Below are positions 34,456 through 43,222 of a stretch of 64,000 nucleotides of DNA, in pieces. A model generated the notes under the pieces. The model was given only the letters and a program-made list of their open reading frames with translations, ran no database searches and was not told where the DNA came from. The position numbers and the translations under genes are program-made. The stretch comes from Hyphomicrobiales bacterium. GTDB taxonomy: Bacteria > Pseudomonadota > Alphaproteobacteria > Rhizobiales > TMED25. The stretch is taken from NCBI GenBank assembly GCA_038131735.1, contig JAYPPX010000001.1, forward strand, positions 960,594 through 1,024,593, written 5' to 3'. Numbering within the stretch: position 1 is the stretch's first letter; each line of letters begins with the position of its first letter.

Positions 34456-35541
34456 CTACCTGAGCTTCAATGTTAAAAGCCCTGCTAATGCAAGTATCAA
34501 AGATATTATCCAAAATCTTATAACTACTGTAGGTTCACTCCATCCTTTTTGTTCAAAATGGTGATGTAAGGGGGCCATCCTAAACACCCGCTTTCCAGTA
34601 AATCTAAAACTAATAACCTGAACAATTACAGATATTGCTTCTAAAACAAATAATCCACCAATTATTAATAGTACTAATTCATGTTTTGTAATGACTGCTA
34701 TAATACCAATGATTGAACCAAGTGATAATGAACCTGTATCTCCCATAAAGATCATGGCTGGGGGAGCATTGTACCACAAGAAACCGAGACCTGCTCCAAT
34801 TACCGCTGAACATATTATAACTAATTCACCTGTTCCTGGAATATACTGAATATGGAGATATTCTGCAAAAACGATATTTCCTGTCAAATATGTGATAAAT
34901 GCAAAACTTGCAATTGCAATCATAACTGGCATTATCGCAAGTCCATCCAAACCATCTGTCAAATTTACGGAATTACTCGAACCAATTACAACTAAACATG
35001 AGAATATTATGTAAAAAATACCAAGGTTTAGGGAAAAATCCTTTAAGAAAGGTATAAAAATTACTGGCTCATAATTTTCTACAGCCAACATCAAAAATAA
35101 TACTGCAACCAATGAAACGATAGATTGGAGTATTATTTTATATGAGCTACGTAAACCATTGGATGATATTCGAGATACTTTCAAATAATCATCATAAAAT
35201 CCAATAGCCCCAAATACTATAGCAACAAAACCAACCACCCATATATATCTATTACTAAGGTCAGTCCATAAAAGCGATGATATAACAACTCCGAGAAGGA
35301 TTATAACTCCACCCATGGTTGGTGTTCCAGATTTTTCAATTATATGTCTTTTTGGACCATCTATACGAATGGGCTGACCATTCTTTTGAATTTTCTTGAA
35401 GGTATTGATAATGCTAGGGCTAAAAATAAAGACTATTAACCCTGAGGTAAACATTGCTGCACCTGCCCTTGTAGATATATATTGAAAGGCATTAAGAAAG
35501 GGAAAAGTATCCAATAAAATATTTACTAACCAAACGAACAT
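34456..35541 (-). CDS. mraY: phospho-N-acetylmuramoyl-pentapeptide transferase
   Basis: Motifs NLTDGLDGLA and MGDTGSLSLG, with 10 TM-like segments. Confidence 0.95.
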   Translation of the reverse strand: MFVWLVNILLDTFPFLNAFQYISTRAGAAMFTSGLIVFIFSPSIINTFKKIQKNGQPIRIDGPKRHIIEKSGTPTMGGVIILLGVVISSLLWTDLSNRYIWVVGFVAIVFGAIGFYDDYLKVSRISSNGLRSSYKIILQSIVSLVAVLFLMLAVENYEPVIFIPFLKDFSLNLGIFYIIFSCLVVIGSSNSVNLTDGLDGLAIMPVMIAIASFAFITYLTGNIVFAEYLHIQYIPGTGELVIICSAVIGAGLGFLWYNAPPAMIFMGDTGSLSLGSIIGIIAVITKHELVLLIIGGLFVLEAISVIVQVISFRFTGKRVFRMAPLHHHFEQKGWSEPTVVIRFWIISLILALAGLLTLKLR

Positions 35542-35565
35542 ATTCTTTATCCCTCCACGGGATTA

Positions 35566-36984
35566 TTATATTTTTAAATGATTAATAAATTCCTTTACTA
35601 GCTTACTTATTTTAATTTTATTCCCTCCCTTTAAAAAAATCAGGTCTCCAGCTTTTATATCAAAGTCATTATTTATGCTTATACTCTCCACAGTATCAAA
35701 CCATTTTCTCTTCTTTTGTATTTTAATATTATTAAAATGACTTTTCATTATTGGACCGCATAAGTATACATCGTCAATACTCGATGCGTTAATAAACTCA
35801 ATTAATCGGCTATGATATTCATCTGTTAGATCTCCTAGTTCAAGCATATCTCCAAGAACAACTATTTTTCGCATGATTGAGGGATTAGAATATTTATCTA
35901 TTGACTCAATTGCAGCCATTAAGGATGTTGGACTAGCATTGTAAGAGTCATCTAGTAGTGTAATCACCCCAGCATGCTTTTTAAAGACAATCTCTTTCCA
36001 TCTGCCATCCCCCTGTTCAACACTCCCGAGATCTTTTAGTACTTCATCTAAATTAAAATTATAGTAAGATGCCACACCTAGGATAGGTAGATAATTCTCA
36101 ATTAAATTTAAGTTTTGTAACACTGTTTCAAATGTATATCTCTCACCGTGAATATTTAAATATACTTTTGATATGTTTGCAGTTCTTTCAATTTTAATAA
36201 TATTAATATCTGCTTTTATATTTTTTCCAAAAGTTATATGTGATAACTTTTTTTGTTTTACAGAATTGATAAGAAGATCATGGAATTCACTATCACGAGG
36301 AAGGATAACCAAGCCCTCTTTATCCATTCCATCAATTATCTTAGTTTTTTCAATTGCTATATTTTCTTTACTTCCTAAATTACCAATATGCGCCTCACCT
36401 ATATTTGTAATAATTGCTATATTTGGTTTAATCAAATGCGATAATTTACTAATTTCATTTTGCCTATTCATACCAACTTCAAAAATTGCATAATCAGTAT
36501 CTTTTTCTACCTTTGACCTTGATAAAATAACACCAAGATAATTATTAAATGATTGAGGAGAAGAAATAGTCTTACCATATCTTGTCAATACGGAATGTAG
36601 ATAATTTTTTGTAGTTGTTTTACCTACGCTTCCTGTAATTGCGATACGAAGAGCATTATTTTGCTGTGTCAAATAATCTGAGATATCACGAAGAGCTTCA
36701 TATGTATCTTCAACTAGGAAAAATGGGGATTTATTTTCGTTAAACTTTTTCTTATCTGAAATGATGGAGGCTATTGCTCCATTTTTTATTGCGTCATCAA
36801 CAAATTGATGACCATCTGATTCTTCACCTAAAATTGCAATGAAAATATCTCCAATTTCGATATTTCTACTATCCAAGCAAATACTTCTTGCTGAACCATT
36901 GTTATTAAAGTTAATTTCTGCATTAATTATTTTTGCTAGTCTGGAAAATGTAATATTAGTTTCTATCTTATAATCTTGTGACAT
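35566..36984 (-). CDS. murF: UDP-MurNAc-tripeptide--D-Ala-D-Ala ligase
   Basis: TGSVGKTTTK and Mur ligase domains. Confidence 0.9.
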   Translation of the reverse strand: MSQDYKIETNITFSRLAKIINAEINFNNNGSARSICLDSRNIEIGDIFIAILGEESDGHQFVDDAIKNGAIASIISDKKKFNENKSPFFLVEDTYEALRDISDYLTQQNNALRIAITGSVGKTTTKNYLHSVLTRYGKTISSPQSFNNYLGVILSRSKVEKDTDYAIFEVGMNRQNEISKLSHLIKPNIAIITNIGEAHIGNLGSKENIAIEKTKIIDGMDKEGLVILPRDSEFHDLLINSVKQKKLSHITFGKNIKADINIIKIERTANISKVYLNIHGERYTFETVLQNLNLIENYLPILGVASYYNFNLDEVLKDLGSVEQGDGRWKEIVFKKHAGVITLLDDSYNASPTSLMAAIESIDKYSNPSIMRKIVVLGDMLELGDLTDEYHSRLIEFINASSIDDVYLCGPIMKSHFNNIKIQKKRKWFDTVESISINNDFDIKAGDLIFLKGGNKIKISKLVKEFINHLKI

Positions 36985-36988
36985 TGAT

Positions 36989-38437
36989 CTAATTACTTAA
37001 AATATCAGAAACTGTGTCGTGATCAGAAAAAAAAACTCTTTTATCCTCATACTGAATATATCTTTCATGCCCCTTACCACAAATTAAAAGATTATCATTA
37101 ATTGACAATTTTGAAATAGCATGTGCTATAGCTTCTGCCCTATCACTTATCTCAATAAATTTTTCTGAGTTTTGCATTAATTCATTTCTTATCTTTGATG
37201 GATCTTCTGATCTAGGATTATCATCTGTTATGATAACATAGTCAGCATATTTAGCTGCAACTTCGCTCATCAACACCCTTTTCCCAATATCTCTATCTCC
37301 ACCTGCACCAAAGACTATGAACAACCTATTTGATGTAACTTGTCTAAGTTCAATAAGTGCTGATTTGATTGCATCAGGCGTATGAGCATAATCTACGTAT
37401 ATATAATTATTTTCATCCTTAGAAGCGACGCGTTCTAACCTACCAATAACATTATTCAAATTGGAAATAGTCTTGATGCTATCCATCAAAGAAATATTTG
37501 TATTAATTGTCGATAAGCATGCGGCAATTAGTGAATTTATTGCCTGAAATGATGCAATAAAAGAGGTTTGTACGTTTACTAATTTACTATTGATGATGCA
37601 CTCTAAATTGACCATCTGGTCTTCACGTCTATAAATTTTGTTAATTACAATTGTTGAGTTTTTATTCCCAATAGTGACAATTTTCTTGCTTCTTATTTCA
37701 TCAATAAAATTATGATATTTATCTGGAATCATATATTTATTTATGACTGCGGTACTATTATCAGTGAGTAACTCGGTGAATAACCTCTTCTTTGCATTAA
37801 AATAACTGATCATATTTTTATGGTAATCGAGATGGTCTCTTGAAAAGTTGGTGAAAGCAGCACCCGAGATATTTAGGCCATCGATTCGACTCTGATTTAA
37901 ACCATGACTTGATGCTTCAATTATAACATTATCATAATTAGCATTAGATAAATCTGATAATTGTTTGTGAAGAGAAATAGGATCTGGAGTAGTCAAAGTA
38001 TTATTGCTTTGTATTTTTGAATTTCCTAATGTTCCAATTGAGGCTGAGAGTATTCCATTTTTGCTCCAGATTTGTTCAGTAAATTTAGCAACAGATGTTT
38101 TACCATTGGTACCAGTTACAGCAATAATATTTTTTGGATATTTTTCATAAAATCTTGAGCATATTTTTGCTAGATCTTTCCTAACAGATTTACTACTTAG
38201 AATGATTGAATTATGAAATTGGCTTATAAAATTACTCGAATTTGAAACAACAATTGCTGCTGCACCTTTATTAACTGCTTCTTCAATATACTTTTTGCCT
38301 AAGGCTGGATCTTCTTCAATGAGAAAAAATAAACTTCCATTAATAACATCACGACTATCATTACTTATTTGCGTGATTTCATGATTTTGTATAAATAACT
38401 TATTATTCTTAAATTCCAATGATTCAGAAATATACAT
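36989..38437 (-). CDS. murE: UDP-MurNAc-L-Ala-D-Glu--meso-DAP ligase
   Basis: Motifs TGTNGKTS, DYAHTPDA and DDNPRSE. Confidence 0.9.
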   Translation of the reverse strand: MYISESLEFKNNKLFIQNHEITQISNDSRDVINGSLFFLIEEDPALGKKYIEEAVNKGAAAIVVSNSSNFISQFHNSIILSSKSVRKDLAKICSRFYEKYPKNIIAVTGTNGKTSVAKFTEQIWSKNGILSASIGTLGNSKIQSNNTLTTPDPISLHKQLSDLSNANYDNVIIEASSHGLNQSRIDGLNISGAAFTNFSRDHLDYHKNMISYFNAKKRLFTELLTDNSTAVINKYMIPDKYHNFIDEIRSKKIVTIGNKNSTIVINKIYRREDQMVNLECIINSKLVNVQTSFIASFQAINSLIAACLSTINTNISLMDSIKTISNLNNVIGRLERVASKDENNYIYVDYAHTPDAIKSALIELRQVTSNRLFIVFGAGGDRDIGKRVLMSEVAAKYADYVIITDDNPRSEDPSKIRNELMQNSEKFIEISDRAEAIAHAISKLSINDNLLICGKGHERYIQYEDKRVFFSDHDTVSDILSN

Positions 38438-38457
38438 TGATAAGTTCCGCTTTCATT

Positions 38458-40104
38458 TTAATTCAGCGCTACCTCAAATTGATCAGACTTATATAAATCT
38501 ATTTTATTTGTTGGTTTAATATTAAGCATTGGAGCAATTCTTGTAACAATATTTGAAAAGGTTGGAGCAGCATTCCATCCAGCAGTTGCATAACCATATG
38601 TTTCTTTTAGAGGCTGCGGTTCATCCAATAGCAAAAATAAAACATATTCTGGTTTTTCCATTGGGAATACACCCATAAAAGTTGATATACGAGCTTCTGG
38701 ATCATATTTTCCATTTACGATCTTTTCTGAAGATCCAGTTTTTCCGCCTACAAGTATTCCATCAACTGCAGCTTTCTTTGCTGATCCATGAATTACATTC
38801 AAATACATTAATTTTTGTATCTTCTCACTAGTAGTAATATCCAAAAATTGTTGTCCTTTATCTTCATTCAGAATGTCTGATCTAATGAATGTCGGTTGTA
38901 CTAATTTGCCTCCATTCACCATAGAAGCACCTGCTAGTGCTGCATGAAGTGGGGTAACTGATACTCCATATCCATATGATATTGTTATTGAATTTATTTC
39001 CTTCCAATCTCTTGGTATTATGCTTTTAGGTATATGCCCAACTTCAGTTATCTTTTCATCCAAAATACCTAATTTTTTTAGAAATGATTTATGATAATCA
39101 ACTCCAAAATCAGATACAATTTTTGCTGAGCCAATGTTTGAAGAGTAAATAAATATTTCTTCCACAGAAAGCTCCCTATTTTCAGGGTGATAATCACCTA
39201 TACTGTGCCCACCAATTTTTATTGGTTCTCTTGCATCATAGATTGTATCCAAATCAACTAAACCACTGTCTAAAGCCATCGCAATTGTAAAGGTTTTAAA
39301 CGTTGAACCAATCTCATAAAGAGAATTAGTTACTTTATTTGCATTTTCTGGCTTTAGAGCCTCTAGGGGATAATGAGGATCATAATCAGGAAGAGATACT
39401 AGGCCGATAACCTCACCATTATTAACATTCATTAATATTGCAGAACCGGCTTTTGCTGAATATTTTTTTATAGATTTAAGTAATTCATCACGCATTGCGA
39501 ATGTGACTTCAAGATCAAGCGATAAGGAAATATCATCATAAATACCTTTTTCAATTTGTTTATCTATGTATTCCTCAATTCCCACCCTTCCATTATTATC
39601 TATATCAACATAACCGATGACATTTGCCAGTGTGTTCCCAGCACTATAAAATCTCTTTTTCTCATCAAAGAATTGTATACCTGGTATGCCCAAATTATGT
39701 ATCTTATCTTTCTCAACAGGTGTTATACCTCTCTTTAACCATACAAATTTCTTATCATTAAGTATTTTAAATTCTAAATCTTCCCTCTCAAAACTAGGAA
39801 TTACATCTAAAATATCCTCTATAATATCTTCCTTATTTCTCAATAAATATGGTCTTATTGCAACCGAAGTCATATCAATATTTGAGGCCACCAGATTACC
39901 ATCACGATCATAAATGTTTGGCCTCACGAATGTTTCGTTTTTGATTTTTGGAGTCTCAGCATTAACTGAGGAGGATATGTTTGCAAGATATATTAATTTT
40001 CCTGACAGAACTAAAAAGCCTACCATAAAACAAAAAGCTAGAAATTTAATCCTAACCTGGATACGTGTCTGATTTTTGTTAAAATTTCTTTCTAGCATTT
40101 TCAA
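38458..40104 (-). CDS. ftsI: division-specific transpeptidase PBP3
   Basis: N-terminal TM segment with the SxxK (STFK), SSN and KTGS triad. Confidence 0.9.
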   Translation of the reverse strand: MKMLERNFNKNQTRIQVRIKFLAFCFMVGFLVLSGKLIYLANISSSVNAETPKIKNETFVRPNIYDRDGNLVASNIDMTSVAIRPYLLRNKEDIIEDILDVIPSFEREDLEFKILNDKKFVWLKRGITPVEKDKIHNLGIPGIQFFDEKKRFYSAGNTLANVIGYVDIDNNGRVGIEEYIDKQIEKGIYDDISLSLDLEVTFAMRDELLKSIKKYSAKAGSAILMNVNNGEVIGLVSLPDYDPHYPLEALKPENANKVTNSLYEIGSTFKTFTIAMALDSGLVDLDTIYDAREPIKIGGHSIGDYHPENRELSVEEIFIYSSNIGSAKIVSDFGVDYHKSFLKKLGILDEKITEVGHIPKSIIPRDWKEINSITISYGYGVSVTPLHAALAGASMVNGGKLVQPTFIRSDILNEDKGQQFLDITTSEKIQKLMYLNVIHGSAKKAAVDGILVGGKTGSSEKIVNGKYDPEARISTFMGVFPMEKPEYVLFLLLDEPQPLKETYGYATAGWNAAPTFSNIVTRIAPMLNIKPTNKIDLYKSDQFEVALN

Positions 40105-40113
40105 TTATTGATT

Positions 40114-40452
40114 TTAATTTTCAGAAAAACCAACTAGTGAGCGCTCTACCAACTCATCCATTATTTTGTTTGCTGGTTTAATTGGTATGTCCTCAATATC
40201 TCTAATTTGACTTACTCTGACTGGTTGAAGATTTAAACCTAAATTATTAGATAAGTTCTGAATTCTATCTGGTTGTGATAATAAACTCAACTCAGCTTGA
40301 AGAGTGAGAATTTCATTTTTTTCTTTAACAATATTCCTATTAATCTCTGATATCTGATTTGAAATATTCTTACTATCATAACTGACAATATATAGTAGGA
40401 GGGCGAATATTATGGATGAGAACAATAAAAAAACATATAAATATCTAATCAT
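40114..40452 (-). CDS. ftsL: cell-division protein FtsL (alpha type)
   Basis: 112 aa with a single TM segment plus coiled coil, between rsmH and ftsI. Confidence 0.6.
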   Translation of the reverse strand: MIRYLYVFLLFSSIIFALLLYIVSYDSKNISNQISEINRNIVKEKNEILTLQAELSLLSQPDRIQNLSNNLGLNLQPVRVSQIRDIEDIPIKPANKIMDELVERSLVGFSEN

Positions 40453-41486
40453 ACTAGTACTCTAATAATTTCTTCATATTTATTCATACTATAAATATCT
40501 AAATTTTCTCTAAACAAACTATCAGTCCTCTCTATACATCTTAGCTTGGCTGATCTTGATCTGGGATTAAGAGTAATTTCAGTTTCTTGAGGTATCAAAA
40601 ATTTCTTAGTAGGATAAATAAATGGACTATCTAATATTGATTTTCTTGATGGCTCATATCTAGACTTAGAAATTGCACTTTCAGTTAAATGAGTAAATAT
40701 ATTTTTTACAATTCTATCTTCAATTGAATGGAATGTGATGACAACAACTCTCCCTCCTTGATTTAAATAATTTGTAAGATTTGAGAGTAAATTAATAATC
40801 TCCTGCATTTCATTATTCACGAGAATTCTTATAGCTTGAAAAGTACGAGTGGCAGGATGGATAGATTTTCCAGGTTGTTTTTTATAAAAATTCCCTATTG
40901 TATTTTCAATTATTTTAGTAAGTTCTAATGTTGTCTCAATTTTTTTTGACTCTCTATATTCACAAATCCTTCTTGCAACCAATCTTGCATGACGCTCCTC
41001 TCCAAAATCTTTAATAATCTCTGCCAAGTGAATTTCCTTCAATTTATTAACTACATCATAAGCACTTAGAGAGTTTTCACCCATGCGCATATCAAGAGGT
41101 CCATCCGACTGAAATGAGAAACCTCTTTTTGGATCATCTAATTGAAATGAAGAAACACCCAAATCAAGGAGAATACCATCTACTCTATTTATAGATGAGT
41201 CTCTTAAAAGATCCGGTATCTTAGAAAATTTGGAAATAAAGAAACTAAATCTATCACCATGAGAGTCTCTTAGATCCTCAGCATATTGGATTGAATTTTT
41301 ATCTCTGTCTGTTGCAATTAAGGTACAATCAGAGTTTTCAAGAATTGCTCTGGAATGCCCACCGCCCCCGAAGGTGCCATCAACATAAACATTTCCTCCT
41401 CTTAATGTTAATGTCTCAAGCACCTCATTGAGCATAACTGGTATATGATGATATGGTCCGCCAGTAGAATTTTGTCTACTCATCAT
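40449..41486 (-). CDS. rsmH: 16S rRNA (cytosine1402-N4)-methyltransferase
   Basis: Motifs HIPVML.EV, DGTFGGGGHS and DLGVSSFQLD. The start is probably the ATG ATG at 41486/41483 rather than the TTG at 41504. Confidence 0.9.
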   Translation of the reverse strand: MMSRQNSTGGPYHHIPVMLNEVLETLTLRGGNVYVDGTFGGGGHSRAILENSDCTLIATDRDKNSIQYAEDLRDSHGDRFSFFISKFSKIPDLLRDSSINRVDGILLDLGVSSFQLDDPKRGFSFQSDGPLDMRMGENSLSAYDVVNKLKEIHLAEIIKDFGEERHARLVARRICEYRESKKIETTLELTKIIENTIGNFYKKQPGKSIHPATRTFQAIRILVNNEMQEIINLLSNLTNYLNQGGRVVVITFHSIEDRIVKNIFTHLTESAISKSRYEPSRKSILDSPFIYPTKKFLIPQETEITLNPRSRSAKLRCIERTDSLFRENLDIYSMNKYEEIIRVLV

Positions 41487-41490
41487 CACA

Positions 41491-41949
41491 TCAATTACCA
41501 ACATTCCTTTTACTTAACAGGCTTCTTTGCTCTTTAACTTTTTTTTGTGCCTCAATTAAATATGCATCAAACCTATTCGGTTCCCAAATCTGAAACTTTT
41601 CACCCAATCCAACAAATATAACTTCATCATTAATATGCGCATGATCGATGAGAGGTTTAGATAATATTACACGACCGTCATTATCAATTTTCAATTCCTC
41701 AGATAATCCAAATAGCGCAGTAGATAAGATATCTCGTTCGTCAGAATAAGGGTCTAAATTATCCATTAGTTCATATATATTACTTGCTAAATTTTCTCCA
41801 CCAGCATCAATGGCTTCAGCATCCAAAGATGGATAGCAAAATATTTTTTGAGAATTATCTTTCAATAATGCATTTCTAAATTGTGCAGGTATTGATACCC
41901 TTCCTTTGCTATCTACCTTATTTCGAAATTTTGATAAAAATAATTGCAT
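41491..41949 (-). CDS. mraZ: transcriptional regulator MraZ
   Basis: Two SpoVT/AbrB-like halves with DSKGRVSIP and DNDGRVILS. The start is taken at MQLFLSKF (41949); the longer ORF start (41985) translates the repeat array. Confidence 0.88.
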   Translation of the reverse strand: MQLFLSKFRNKVDSKGRVSIPAQFRNALLKDNSQKIFCYPSLDAEAIDAGGENLASNIYELMDNLDPYSDERDILSTALFGLSEELKIDNDGRVILSKPLIDHAHINDEVIFVGLGEKFQIWEPNRFDAYLIEAQKKVKEQRSLLSKRNVGN

Positions 41950-41963
41950 AATAATTCCATAAT

Positions 41964-42007
41964 ATGGGTAATTATGGGATATCATGGTATATCATGGATG
42001 TCAATGG
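41964..42007. promoter_or_regulatory. five phased ATGG(G) boxes at an exact 10-bp period; candidate MraZ operator / Pmra region
   Basis: ATGGG at 41964 and 41974, and ATGG at 41984, 41994 and 42004. The array ends 15 nt upstream of the mraZ ATG. Confidence 0.5.
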
Positions 42008-42038
42008 TTTTTTAACACATTATTAACCAATTGTAGAT

Positions 42039-42375
42039 GCTAGATGGCTTATAAGCCGGGTTCTGTAAAATGATGATCATTCATCTTGTTTATAGGTTAC
42101 CCTATAAATCTAGCGACCTACCCAGATAGTATTTCAAAGGACAAACAAAACTATCTCTATTTGGTCTTGCTCCCAGTGGGGTTTGCAATGCCATTAATGT
42201 TACCACTAATGCGGTGCGCTCTTACCACACCATTTCACCCTTACCACAATTATGGCGGTATATTTTCTGTTGCACTTTCCCTAGAGTTGCCTCCGCCGAG
42301 AGTTACTCGGCACTGATCCTCTGTGGAGCCCGGACTTTCCTCTATACAATAGCGATCATCCAGCCATCTAGCTTG
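42039..42375 (-). ncRNA. rnpB: RNase P RNA (bacterial type A)
   Basis: The minus strand reads AGCTAGATGGCT...GAGGAAAGTCCGGGCTCCACAGA...GGTAAGGGTGAAATGGTGTGGTAAGAGCGCACC...ACAGAACCCGGCTTATAAGCCATCTAGC. P1 is formed by the two ends. Confidence 0.92.
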
Positions 42376-42405
42376 TAGATTATTACAGGAAAGTCTTAAA
42401 ACTGT

Positions 42406-43158
42406 CTAGTTCTCCAATTTTAAACTTCGTGCGGCAATTATTTTTCTATGAATTTCAACAATGATATTTCTGGTATTCTGGTCAAGTATACCATCAACTA
42501 ATTCTGGTCTCCAATGCCTTTGAAAAGCTGCAACAACCTTTTCCGTCTGTTCATCAATTAACCCTGAAATTGATAATTCAAAACCAATTTCAATCAATTT
42601 TTTCTGAAAGCTCATTATTGTGGGTTTAATCTGGTCAGCCAGCTCTGAATTAGTATTATTGTTTTTGATGGACTCCATTTCCGAATAAATTCCTATTCCT
42701 GATTTATTTAAAAGTTGCCAAGGAAATCTTATCCCTGGGTCAATTTTTCTACCTACAGATACATCTGAATGTCCAAGAATATTATGCCGATCTATTGAAT
42801 GTTTTGATATGAGCAGTTCCAATAATTTCAGCAAAGAATTTATTTGTTTGCTAGAAAAATCTTCTAAACCTGAATTATGCAATTCAATACCTATTGATTG
42901 GGAGTTAATATCCCTGCAACCATTCCAATATGACTTGCCAGCATGCCATGCTCTTAGTGAGTCATTAACAAGCGAGTATATTGTTCCATTATTATTTATG
43001 AAATAATGACAACTAACTTTTGATGCCGGACTCAAGAACCACTTAATTATGTTTTGGCTTGGTGCTTTAACACCAGTATAATGAATAATTATATAATCAA
43101 TTTTTGATCCATCTATTCGATTGTTGTAGTTTGGAGATTTATAGTTATCCTTTATCAT
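42406..43158 (-). CDS. N-acetylmuramoyl-L-alanine amidase (Amidase_2/AmiD-like) with a C-terminal peptidoglycan-binding domain
   Basis: Motifs IIIHYTG, SCHYFI, AWHAG and GHSD, plus a PG_binding_1-like tail (FQKKLIEIGF). Confidence 0.8.
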   Translation of the reverse strand: MIKDNYKSPNYNNRIDGSKIDYIIIHYTGVKAPSQNIIKWFLSPASKVSCHYFINNNGTIYSLVNDSLRAWHAGKSYWNGCRDINSQSIGIELHNSGLEDFSSKQINSLLKLLELLISKHSIDRHNILGHSDVSVGRKIDPGIRFPWQLLNKSGIGIYSEMESIKNNNTNSELADQIKPTIMSFQKKLIEIGFELSISGLIDEQTEKVVAAFQRHWRPELVDGILDQNTRNIIVEIHRKIIAARSLKLEN

Positions 43159-43222
43159 GTAAAAATTATGTAATATTGAATTTAAATTTAATTACAAATC
43201 ATTTGTATAAGAAAAGTTTACT

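Noticed and set aside
41950-41985. N-terminal extension of mraZ (MISHNYPYYGII...).
   Set aside because: MraZ proteins start close to the first DxxGR motif. The extension is simply the translation of the ATGG repeat array.
42086-42316. 76-aa plus-strand ORF.
   Set aside because: It lies entirely within RNase P RNA on the opposite strand. The region is explained by rnpB.
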